Below are positions 18,597-26,971 of a stretch of DNA of 39,815 nucleotides, one piece after another (within the stretch, counting starts at the first letter, position 1; each line of letters opens with the position of its first letter). The DNA is from Gemmatimonadaceae bacterium. Lineage in GTDB: Bacteria > Gemmatimonadota > Gemmatimonadetes > Gemmatimonadales > Gemmatimonadaceae. The translations under genes were made by a program, and so were the position numbers. The notes under the pieces were generated by a model, which worked only from the letters and a program-made list of their open reading frames with translations, did no database searches and had not been told where the DNA came from. Location: contig CAXRBM010000082.1 in NCBI GenBank assembly GCA_964228675.1, positions 1 to 39,815 on the forward strand. The letters run 5' to 3'.

Positions 18597-20056
18597 GCGC
18601 CCCCATGCGCCCGACCGTCGAGGGGATGCTCGCCCTCGGCGATCGGGGGATCCGCGAGGCCGGCCGGACGTTCCTCTTCGGCATCTATGCCGTCCTCCGG
18701 AACCTGCGTCTCTATCCCCTCGAGAACGCGACCGTCCAGCGGTTGCTCCAGGAGTTCACGGGATTCTTCGACCAACTCATGCGTGAGGAGGGGGCGTGCG
18801 AGATTCGCGTCCAGGGTGAGTACCTCTTCCTGAATGCCACTCGCATGAAGCTCGACCTCGACAACTTCACCAGCTTCTCGTTCATGTTGGGGCGGTTGCG
18901 CGAGGTGAACATCGGGACCCTCCGCATGGCGGTGGCCCCTACGACCGCCCAGTGGACGGTGTTGCTGACCTTCTTGGTCGATCCGCCCGATGGGACGCCG
19001 ATGGAGCGGCTCCGGATGCTCGAGGATCGGCTCGACGAGTCTCGCGTCCAGGTCTTCGATCTCCGCCCGCTCGACGAGTCGTCGGAGGAGATGGTCGATG
19101 CCGATGGCAGCAAAGCGCGGGCCAAGCGTGTCTACGAGCAATCGGTCGGCGCCTCCAAGGAGGTCATGACGGCGTTACGGCTTGGGCAAGGCGCCAACAT
19201 CAAGAAGGTCAAGCGCGTGGTGCAGGGGATCGTCGATCAGATCCTCATCGACGAAGCCTCCCTGGTCGGGCTCACGACGATCCGCGACTACGATGACTAC
19301 ACCTTCACGCATTGCGTGAATGTCTGCATCTTCTCGATCACGCTGGGGCGCCGTCTCGGGCTCTCCCGCGTCCAACTCTACGACCTCGGGATCGCCGGCC
19401 TCTTCCACGACATCGGCAAGTCCCGCGTCCCCATCGACATCATCCAGAAGCCAGACCTCTTGACCGAGGACGAGTGGCGGCTCGTCTCCTCGCACCCCTG
19501 GCTCGGGGTGCTGGTGTTGTTCGGTCTGAAGGATCAGGGCGAGCTGCCCTACCGCACGATGCTCGTGGCCTACCAGCATCACATGAAGCGCGATCTGACC
19601 GGGTATCCGCGGTCCCCGCGCATGTCGGAGATGTCCTTCTACAGCAAGATCATCGCGGTCGCCGACTCGTTTGATGCCGCGACCTCACGTCGGGTCCCGA
19701 TGGGTTCGGCGATGCATCCGGCCGCCGTCCTCCGCACGTTGCGTGACGATCCCCGCCGCGGGATGGATCCCGTGGTCGTGAAGGCGTTCGTCTCGCTCCT
19801 CGGGGTATACCCCGTGGGGACCTGCGTGGTGCTCGACACGATGGAACTCGGGATCGTCGAGCGGGTGAATCCCGTTCCCGATATGGGGGCGCGCCCGATC
19901 GTGCGCATCATCAGCGATCGCACCGGACAGGTGCAATTCCCGGGGAAGAGCGTCGATCTTGCGGACCGCACCCCCGATGGTCGCTACGCTCGTTCGGTCA
20001 TTAAAGTCGTCGAGGCGGAGCGCCTCGGCATCCGCGTCGGCGATTACTTCGTCTGA
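18593..20056 (+). CDS. HD-GYP domain protein (putative cyclic-dinucleotide phosphodiesterase)
   Basis: DYTFTHCVNV, FHDIGK, HPWLG, HHMKRDLTGYP, IIAVADSFDA, plus C-terminal YPVGTxVxL extension. Confidence 0.88.
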   Translation: MSAPMRPTVEGMLALGDRGIREAGRTFLFGIYAVLRNLRLYPLENATVQRLLQEFTGFFDQLMREEGACEIRVQGEYLFLNATRMKLDLDNFTSFSFMLGRLREVNIGTLRMAVAPTTAQWTVLLTFLVDPPDGTPMERLRMLEDRLDESRVQVFDLRPLDESSEEMVDADGSKARAKRVYEQSVGASKEVMTALRLGQGANIKKVKRVVQGIVDQILIDEASLVGLTTIRDYDDYTFTHCVNVCIFSITLGRRLGLSRVQLYDLGIAGLFHDIGKSRVPIDIIQKPDLLTEDEWRLVSSHPWLGVLVLFGLKDQGELPYRTMLVAYQHHMKRDLTGYPRSPRMSEMSFYSKIIAVADSFDAATSRRVPMGSAMHPAAVLRTLRDDPRRGMDPVVVKAFVSLLGVYPVGTCVVLDTMELGIVERVNPVPDMGARPIVRIISDRTGQVQFPGKSVDLADRTPDGRYARSVIKVVEAERLGIRVGDYFV

Positions 20057-20057
20057 G

Positions 20058-20594
20058 ATGACTGCGGTCCGGTTGCCCCCGTGGGCACAGGTCGGGGAGA
20101 AGCGGCGTGCCCACATCACGCGCGTCGTCGCGCTATTGGACCGGTGGGCGCTCGAGCTGCAGCTCGCTCCGGCCGACGCGGCGGCCTGGCATGATGTTGG
20201 CCTCCTCCACGATGCGTTGCGCGATGCGCCGGAAGAGGAGCTGCGGCGACTCGCCGGTCCCGTCGAGCTCCCCCTCGAGGTCCTGCATGGTCCTGCGGCG
20301 GCAAATCTCCTCGTGTCGCAGGGTGAGACGCGGCAAGAGGTGGTGGACGCGGTACGGTGGCATACGGTCGGGTACGCCGGATGGGGTCGCGCGGGGCGCG
20401 CGCTCTATATGGCGGACTTCCTCGAGCCCGGACGTCCCTTCCTGCAGGCCGACCGCGCCTTTCTCGCCGAGCATCTCGCCCATGACTTCGACGGGGTCTT
20501 CCGTCAGGTGGTCCGGATGCGCCTGGAATGGACCTTGCGCGAAGGGAAGGGGCTCTTTCCCGAGGCGGTGGCGCTGTGGAACGCGGTCCGATGA
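20058..20594 (+). CDS. yqeK: YqeK-like HD-domain phosphohydrolase (putative symmetrical Ap4A hydrolase)
   Basis: RxxHxxRV, LLHD, LHGPAAA, AVRWHTVG, LYMADFLEPGR match the YqeK motif order. Start ATG 20058. Confidence 0.78.
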   Translation: MTAVRLPPWAQVGEKRRAHITRVVALLDRWALELQLAPADAAAWHDVGLLHDALRDAPEEELRRLAGPVELPLEVLHGPAAANLLVSQGETRQEVVDAVRWHTVGYAGWGRAGRALYMADFLEPGRPFLQADRAFLAEHLAHDFDGVFRQVVRMRLEWTLREGKGLFPEAVALWNAVR

Positions 20595-21037
20595 TCCCGC
20601 GCCGCGTGCGCGGTTGGCTCGTCGTCGCCCTGGTCCTGATCGGGATGGCCGTCACGCGCTGGCGGTGGGAGTCGGACCCAATGGGGGGGGGCGCGGTGAC
20701 GGCTGACGCCGATGCGACGGTCCCGCGCGTGGTCCCCGATTCACTCCGGATCCGCGTGGAGGTCCTGAACGGGGCCGGCACCCGCGGGCTCGCCCGGCGC
20801 GCGACGCGCGCGATGCGGGATGCGGGATTCGATGTGGTCGCGTCGGGGAATGCCCCCGAGCGCACTGACAGCTCGATCGTCCTGGTGCGGAGCGGCCAAG
20901 TGGCGTGGGGCGAGCTCGCGGCGCAGGCGCTCAGGGGCGCGCGCGTCGAGCTCCGCCCCGATACCTCACGCTACCTGGACCTCACGATCATCGTCGGGGC
21001 CCGCTGGCGACCGCCGCCGGAGGCGTTCGACCCGTAG
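20591..21037 (+). CDS. membrane-anchored LytR C-terminal domain protein
   Basis: N-terminal TM helix; VEVLNGAGTRGLA, GFDVVxxGNA, DLTIIVG (LytR_C). Start ATG 20591 overlaps the yqeK stop. Confidence 0.85.
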   Translation: MIPRRVRGWLVVALVLIGMAVTRWRWESDPMGGGAVTADADATVPRVVPDSLRIRVEVLNGAGTRGLARRATRAMRDAGFDVVASGNAPERTDSSIVLVRSGQVAWGELAAQALRGARVELRPDTSRYLDLTIIVGARWRPPPEAFDP

Positions 21038-22039
21038 CTGGCCACACGCGGCCGCGATGTCCTTCCCGCGGCTCTTCCGGATCGCGACCTCCACCCCATG
21101 TCCGCGGATGCGGCGCGCGAATCGAGCGATCATCTCGGGGGGCGTCGGGGTGAATCCCATCGCCCCACCGGGGTGCAACGGGATCAGGTTCACGAAGGCT
21201 CCGCACTCGCGCGCCAACGTCGCCAGCTGATCCGCGTGCTCCGGGTGATCGTTCACCCCACCCAGCATGACGTATTCGAAGGTCACGCGTCGATCGAACG
21301 CCGCGGCCGCACGAATCACCGCCGCGAGTGGATACTTGGTGTTCACCGGCATCAGGGTCTGCCGCAGCGCATCGCTCGGCGCATGGATCGAAAGGGCGAG
21401 GCGGAACTGTTCCTTGCGTCGACCCAAGGCCTCGATCCCCGGGAGGATCCCGACCGTCGAGACGGTGATATGGCGGGCACCGATCCCGAATCCCTTGGGA
21501 TCATTCAGCACGGAGAGGACGACATCGACCGCCGACCAGTTCATCAGGGGTTCGCCCATCCCCATGAAGACGATGTTGGTCGCACGGACGGGGGGATCCA
21601 ACAGGGCGAGCTCACGCACCTGACCAGCGATCTCGTGCACGGCCAGGTTGCGCGCGAACCCCATCGCGCCGGTCGCACAGAAGGCGCACTGCAGGGGGCA
21701 CCCCGCCTGCGAGGAGATGCAGAAGGTCATTCGGTCGTCATCTGGGATCGCCACCGTCTCGATCGCCTGCCCATCAGCCAATCGGAAGAGGAACTTGCGC
21801 GTCCCATCGGTGGAGCGCTGTTCGGTCTCCAGGGTCAGCCGAGGGAGGACGAAGTGTTCGGCGAGCCGCTCTCGGAAGGCCTTGGGGAGGTCGGTCATGG
21901 CCGCGAAGCTCGCCACCGGCTTCTGCCAGAGGTGGGGGACCACCTGACTCCCTCGATAGGCGGCCTCCCCCTGGGACACCGCGAATTCCCGGAGCAGGCG
22001 GTCGGCCTCCACGGGGGCGAGATCCAGCAGATTCCTCAT
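20966..22039 (-). CDS. rlmN: 23S rRNA m2A2503 / tRNA m2A37 radical-SAM methyltransferase
   Basis: SxDGTRKFLF, IETV, CISSQAGCPLQCAFCATG, FMGMGEP, VTFEYV, AACGQL. Confidence 0.95.
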   Translation of the reverse strand: MRNLLDLAPVEADRLLREFAVSQGEAAYRGSQVVPHLWQKPVASFAAMTDLPKAFRERLAEHFVLPRLTLETEQRSTDGTRKFLFRLADGQAIETVAIPDDDRMTFCISSQAGCPLQCAFCATGAMGFARNLAVHEIAGQVRELALLDPPVRATNIVFMGMGEPLMNWSAVDVVLSVLNDPKGFGIGARHITVSTVGILPGIEALGRRKEQFRLALSIHAPSDALRQTLMPVNTKYPLAAVIRAAAAFDRRVTFEYVMLGGVNDHPEHADQLATLARECGAFVNLIPLHPGGAMGFTPTPPEMIARFARRIRGHGVEVAIRKSRGKDIAAACGQLRVERLRRRSPAGPDDDREVQVA

Positions 22040-22073
22040 GCCGAAGCCTACCGGTTGCGAGAGGGCTGGTCAA
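22040..22073 (-). promoter_or_regulatory. putative sigma70-type promoter for leaderless rlmN mRNA
   Basis: Minus strand TTGACC (22068-22073)-N17-TAGGCT (22045-22050)-N5-ATG; no Shine-Dalgarno. Confidence 0.7.
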
Positions 22074-22124
22074 TGTGGTTCGCCTACCACCAAGTCCATG
22101 CAGCGAATAGATTTATCGCTCGTC

Positions 22125-22529
22125 ATGCCACTGGTCGGACCTCCTGTTGCCCTTCGTGAACGGCCATCGAGATTCTGGCCGGCGCTTCTCTGGGCCGCGC
22201 TCATCCTCGTAGGGACGTCGTGGCCGAACATCTCTGTCGGCCCTGACATCGGCGGGCTCGACAAGGTCGTGCATTTCTCTATGTACGGTGGGTTTGCCTA
22301 CCTGCTCCTGCGGGCGAGCCGGTACCGGGCCTCCTGGGGGCGGGTCACGATCGTCCTCGCCTGCGTCGCTGTCTTCGGTCTGGTCGACGAGGTCCATCAG
22401 GCGTACATCCCCGGCCGCTCGGCGAGCCTCGCCGACTGGGTCGCCGATCTTCTCGGTGGCGCCGCTGGGGCGCTCCTCTCGCACCACCGCGCCCGTCCCA
22501 CTCCTTCCACCCCGCCACTCCCGTCGTGA
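22125..22529 (+). CDS. VanZ family membrane protein
   Basis: DKVVHFxxYG, DEVHQxYIPGRxxSxxDWVAD motifs. Start codon uncertain (22097 or 22125). Confidence 0.85.
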   Translation: MPLVGPPVALRERPSRFWPALLWAALILVGTSWPNISVGPDIGGLDKVVHFSMYGGFAYLLLRASRYRASWGRVTIVLACVAVFGLVDEVHQAYIPGRSASLADWVADLLGGAAGALLSHHRARPTPSTPPLPS

Positions 22530-24319
22530 CCACACCCACCACCGCGGCGCTCGCCACTACCCTCCGCACCCACCTCGCCGGCACCTTGCGCGCCTCCGAT
22601 GTCGGGGCCGCGGTCGTCCTCGGCGGCTGGGTCCATCGCTCGCGTGACCTCGGTGGGCAGGTCTTCCTCGATCTGCGGGATCGGGGCGGGGTGGTACAGT
22701 GTTCGTTCAATCCGAACTGGACCGCGCCGGAGACGATCGCGGCGGCGGCGGCGATCGGGACTGAGAGTGTGGTGATGATCGAAGGGACGGTGGCACCGCG
22801 TCCGGCAGAGATGCTGAACCCCGAGATGACGACAGGGGCGATCGAGGTGCGCGCGACGGCGATCCGCGTGGTCGGTCCGGCGGTGACTCCGGCCCTCCCC
22901 GTGGCGCCGATCAAGGACGGAAAGCTCCCCGCCGAGGAGCTCCGACTCCGGCATCGGATCCTCGACCTGCGGCGCGAGGAGCTTCAACACGCCCTCGTGC
23001 TCCGGCACCGGCTGATGCAGACCACACGGCAGTTCCTCAGCGCGCATGGCTACCTCGAACTTGAGACCCCGATCCTCACCAAGCCCACACCGGAGGGGGC
23101 GCGCGATTTCCTCGTCCCGAGCCGGATGCACGCGGGGGAGTTCTATGCGCTCCCGCAGTCGCCGCAGATCTACAAGCAGCTCTTCATGTGTGCGGGGTTC
23201 GACCGCTACTTCCAGATCGCACGCTGCTTTCGCGACGAGGATCTGCGCGCCGACCGCCAGCTCGAGTTCACGCAGATCGACATCGAGGCGTCGTTCATCG
23301 GGCGCGAGGACATCATCACGCTCGCCGAAGGGTTGATCCGGTCGCTTTGGGCGGAGGCGGGGATCGCGGTGGAGACTCCCTTCCCGCGCATGAGCTACGC
23401 CGACGCCATGGAACGCTACGGCTGTGATCGCCCCGATCTGCGGTACGGGCTCGAGATCGAGGACCTCACGGCGCACTTCGCACAGACCGAGTCGGGGATC
23501 ATCCAGTCGGCGTTGCAGGCTGGAGGTCGCGTGCGTGGCATCCGCGTGCCGGGAGGCGCAGCGTGGAGTCGGAAGCAGGTCGATGAGCTCGAGGCGATCG
23601 CGAAGGGGGCCGGCGTCGGCGGGCTGATCCGCCTCAAGGGGACGGGGAGCGCGCTCGACGGGCCGCTCGCGAAGTTCCTCACGCCGGACGCGCAGGCCGC
23701 ACTCGCCGTACGCGAGGGGGAGCTGTTGTTGGCCGTCGCGGCGCACGACCGCGTCGCGAGTCCCGCGCTCGATCGCGTGCGGCAGGAGTGTGCGGCGCGC
23801 CTCGGCCTCGCCGATCCGCACACGCGGCGCTTCCTTTGGGTGCTCGACTTCCCGATGTTCGATCGGGATCCCGAGACGAGGGCATTGGCGGCGGTGCATC
23901 ACCCCTTCACCGCGCCCAACGCCGAGGATATGCGGACGCGCCCCGATGCCCCGGCGACGTGGCGCGCGTTGGCCTACGACTGTGTGCTCAATGGGACCGA
24001 GCTCGGTGGCGGGAGCATCCGTACGAGTGATCCCACGGTGCAGGCGCAGATGTTCGCGTTGCTAGGCATCGGCGACGCGGCGGAGCAGGAGCGTCGCTTC
24101 GGCTTCCTGCTCGAGGGGCTCCGCGCCGGCGCGCCGCCGCATGGTGGGATCGCCTTCGGGTTCGACCGGATCGCGATGTTGTTGGCCGGTGCGACCTCGC
24201 TCCGCGATGTGATCGCCTTTCCCAAGACGACGGCGGCGCGTGCCCTGTTCGAGGGAGCGCCGAGCAGCGTGGCGACGGAGGATCTCACCGCGTTGCACAT
24301 CCGCACGGTGCTCGGATGA
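22526..24319 (+). CDS. aspS: aspartate--tRNA ligase
   Basis: RTH, RDLGG.FLDLRD, TPEGARDFLVPSR, LPQSPQ, CFRDEDLRADRQ, HHPFT, GAPPHGGIAFGFDR. Confidence 0.97.
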   Translation: MTTPTTAALATTLRTHLAGTLRASDVGAAVVLGGWVHRSRDLGGQVFLDLRDRGGVVQCSFNPNWTAPETIAAAAAIGTESVVMIEGTVAPRPAEMLNPEMTTGAIEVRATAIRVVGPAVTPALPVAPIKDGKLPAEELRLRHRILDLRREELQHALVLRHRLMQTTRQFLSAHGYLELETPILTKPTPEGARDFLVPSRMHAGEFYALPQSPQIYKQLFMCAGFDRYFQIARCFRDEDLRADRQLEFTQIDIEASFIGREDIITLAEGLIRSLWAEAGIAVETPFPRMSYADAMERYGCDRPDLRYGLEIEDLTAHFAQTESGIIQSALQAGGRVRGIRVPGGAAWSRKQVDELEAIAKGAGVGGLIRLKGTGSALDGPLAKFLTPDAQAALAVREGELLLAVAAHDRVASPALDRVRQECAARLGLADPHTRRFLWVLDFPMFDRDPETRALAAVHHPFTAPNAEDMRTRPDAPATWRALAYDCVLNGTELGGGSIRTSDPTVQAQMFALLGIGDAAEQERRFGFLLEGLRAGAPPHGGIAFGFDRIAMLLAGATSLRDVIAFPKTTAARALFEGAPSSVATEDLTALHIRTVLG

Positions 24320-25278
24320 CCGACGGGACGTCGACCGGCGACTCACAGACGATCCGACTCTCGACCGAGGGGGCGGATCTCCTCCTCCTCGCAGGAGCGG
24401 GGGATGCCAATCTCTCCGAACTGCAGAAGCTCTTTCCGGTGCGGGTGACGTTGCGTGGCGATGCGATGACCCTGCTCGGGCCTCCCGAGGTGGTGGAGAA
24501 GGCGAGCGGGGTGGCGACGCGGATGATCGAGCAGGCGCGGCAGGGCCAGCCACTCGACCCAGATGATGTCCTCCGGTTCTCGCTTGAAGGGGCGCCGCGA
24601 GAGGGCGGCACGCCAGGACGGATCGTGCTCCCTGGTGTGCGCAAGATCATCCAGCCCAAGACGCAGGGACAGGGTGAGTACATGGAGAAGCTGCTCGAGC
24701 ATGAGATCGTGATCGGGATCGGACCGGCGGGGACGGGGAAGACCTACCTCGCGGTGGCGGCGGCGGTCGACGCGCTCGCGCGCAAGCGAGTGCGCCGCAT
24801 CGTGCTCGCGCGACCGGCAGTCGAGGCCGGGGAGTCGCTCGGCTTCCTCCCCGGCGACATGCAGGCCAAGGTCGATCCCTATCTCCGGCCGTTGTATGAC
24901 GCGCTCGACGATCTGATGCCGCCGGAACGGGTGGCGCGGGCGCTCGAGACGCGCGTGATCGAGATCGCGCCGCTGGCGTACATGCGCGGGCGCACGCTGG
25001 CCGATGCCTTCGTGATCCTCGACGAGGCGCAGAACGCCACCAACGCGCAGATGAAGATGTTCTTGACGCGACTTGGCGTGAACTCACGCGCGGTGATCAC
25101 CGGTGACAAGACGCAGGTGGACCTCCCGAAGCGCGAGGAGAGCGGCCTGCTGCAGGTGGAGCGGATCCTGCAGGGGATCGAGGGGATCGCCTTCCATTAC
25201 TTCACCGAGGTCGATGTGGTGCGGCATCGGTTGGTGCGCGAGATCGTCTCGGCGTATGCGAAGGACGCGGGGACGTGA
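24316..25278 (+). CDS. phoH: PhoH family ATPase (YbeZ-like)
   Basis: GPAGTGKT, RPAVEAGESLGFLPGD, PLAYMRGRTL, DEAQN, GDxTQxDLP, DVVRH. Confidence 0.93.
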   Translation: MTDGTSTGDSQTIRLSTEGADLLLLAGAGDANLSELQKLFPVRVTLRGDAMTLLGPPEVVEKASGVATRMIEQARQGQPLDPDDVLRFSLEGAPREGGTPGRIVLPGVRKIIQPKTQGQGEYMEKLLEHEIVIGIGPAGTGKTYLAVAAAVDALARKRVRRIVLARPAVEAGESLGFLPGDMQAKVDPYLRPLYDALDDLMPPERVARALETRVIEIAPLAYMRGRTLADAFVILDEAQNATNAQMKMFLTRLGVNSRAVITGDKTQVDLPKREESGLLQVERILQGIEGIAFHYFTEVDVVRHRLVREIVSAYAKDAGT

Positions 25279-25724
25279 GCACGCTGACGGTCGCACCGAC
25301 GGTCGCGGTGCAATCCGAGGGGGTGCGCGTGGCCCTCGCGCGGGCGCGTGTCGCCACGATCGTGCGGGGAGTGCTCCGCGCCGAGACGGTGCGCTCCGCC
25401 CTCGTCTCGGTCACCTTCGTCACGACCCGGCGGATGGCCGCGCTCCACGCGAAGCATCTCGCACACCAGGGGCCGACCGATGTGATCTCGTTCGGCTTTC
25501 GTGATACGGCGGGGGCCACCATCGGTGACATCTACATCTGTCCCGCGGTGGCGCGCACGAATGCGCGCGCCTTCGGTCGTCCGGTGCGCGAGGAGCTCGT
25601 TCGGTTGGTGGTCCATGGCACCCTGCATGTGCTGGGCTACGATCATCCGGCGGGGGAGGCTCGTCTGACCTGCCCGATGTGGCGTCGGCAAGAGCGCTAC
25701 GTGCGTCGGTGGCTCGCCGCATGA
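25275..25724 (+). CDS. ybeY: rRNA maturation endoribonuclease YbeY
   Basis: TDVISF, GDIYIC, HGTLHVLGYDH. Confidence 0.93.
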   Translation: MSTLTVAPTVAVQSEGVRVALARARVATIVRGVLRAETVRSALVSVTFVTTRRMAALHAKHLAHQGPTDVISFGFRDTAGATIGDIYICPAVARTNARAFGRPVREELVRLVVHGTLHVLGYDHPAGEARLTCPMWRRQERYVRRWLAA

Positions 25725-26971
25725 CGGGGGTGCTCGTCCTCCTCGCGGGGCTCACCGCGGCCGTCGCAGCCGTGAGCGTCTATGCGGATAGCGCGCTCCT
25801 CAGTCTCGACGAGGAGGAGCCTCCGTCGTCATCGGCGGTGCGTGATTTCCTCGCGCGTCGGGAGTCCGTGCATCGGGCCCTCGCCTTCGGACGCATCCTC
25901 GCCCAGCTCCTCGCGGGCACCGCGACCACGCTGGCGGTGCTGGCGAGCGGTTGGGTCCCCGCGCGGTACCTGATCCCGGTGGTGGTCGTGGCTGGGGTCC
26001 TCCTCGTCATGGTGACCGAGGTCGCGGCCCGTGAGGCCGGCGATGCCGCGGGGGCGGCGGGACTCGACCGGGTCCGAGGCGTCATCGCGATGATCGAGTC
26101 CGTCTGTGCGCCGGTGGTCACATTCGGCAGGTGGGTCGACCAGCTCTTGCACTCGGTGATTCCGCCGTCACCCGATGATGCGATCGAGGAGCGCGAGGAC
26201 GCCGTGGAGCGTTTTCGTGAGGTCGTCGCGGCCGAAGCGGAGGCGGGGGGCGGTGATCGGGTGCTGGTGCATGGTGTCTTCTCCCTTCGCGACACGCGTG
26301 TCGACGCGATCATGATCCCGCGGGTCGACATCGTCGGGATCGAGCTCGACACCCCGTGGTCGGAGGTCGCGGACCGGGTGCGGAGCGCGCGACATGCGCG
26401 CCTCCTGGTCTTTGATGGCTCGCTCGATGAGCCGGTCGGTGTCCTCTATGCCAAGGATCTGTTGGCCGCACTCGTCGACGACGTCGAACCCGCCTCCGGC
26501 TGGCGGGCCTTGGTGCGGCCTGCGCTCTACATCCCGCCGACCAAGGCGGTCGAGGCCCAGTTGCGCGAGTTCCGCGCGACGCGTCGCCACATCGCCATCG
26601 TCCTGGATGAGTTCGGTGGGACGGCAGGGCTCCTCACCCTCGAGGACATCCTCGAGCTGATCATCGGGGATATCCAAGACGAGGGTGATGTCGAGCGCCC
26701 CGAGATCGAGCGCGGCGAGGGCGGACGCCTCTGGCTCTCGGCCGGTGTCACGCTCGACGCGTTGTCCGAACTGCTTGGCCAGGATCTCACGCGAGCGGAT
26801 GTCACGACGATCGGCGGGCTCGTGATGGAGGTGCTGGGGCGCGTGCCGGCCGCCGGCGAATCGCTCACCGTGGCGGGCCATCGGGTCGTCATCGAGCGCG
26901 TGGTGCGTCGGCGGGTGGAGCGCGTCTATCTCGAGCCCCTCACCCCAGCGGCCGTGGTGGCGATGCGATGA
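25721..26971 (+). CDS. CNNM(DUF21)-CBS-CorC_HlyC transporter-associated protein (hemolysin/CorB-CorC family)
   Basis: Hydrophobic N-terminus, IMIPRVDI, GVLYAKDL, HIAIVLDEFGGTAGLLTLEDILE, C-terminal TIGGLV. Start ATG 25721. Confidence 0.87.
   Translation: MTGVLVLLAGLTAAVAAVSVYADSALLSLDEEEPPSSSAVRDFLARRESVHRALAFGRILAQLLAGTATTLAVLASGWVPARYLIPVVVVAGVLLVMVTEVAAREAGDAAGAAGLDRVRGVIAMIESVCAPVVTFGRWVDQLLHSVIPPSPDDAIEEREDAVERFREVVAAEAEAGGGDRVLVHGVFSLRDTRVDAIMIPRVDIVGIELDTPWSEVADRVRSARHARLLVFDGSLDEPVGVLYAKDLLAALVDDVEPASGWRALVRPALYIPPTKAVEAQLREFRATRRHIAIVLDEFGGTAGLLTLEDILELIIGDIQDEGDVERPEIERGEGGRLWLSAGVTLDALSELLGQDLTRADVTTIGGLVMEVLGRVPAAGESLTVAGHRVVIERVVRRRVERVYLEPLTPAAVVAMR

Noticed and set aside
20683-20691. 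G9 tract in the LytR_C gene as a phase-variation switch
   Set aside because: The frame is intact, it encodes a Gly linker, and such runs are expected at this GC content; no supporting evidence.
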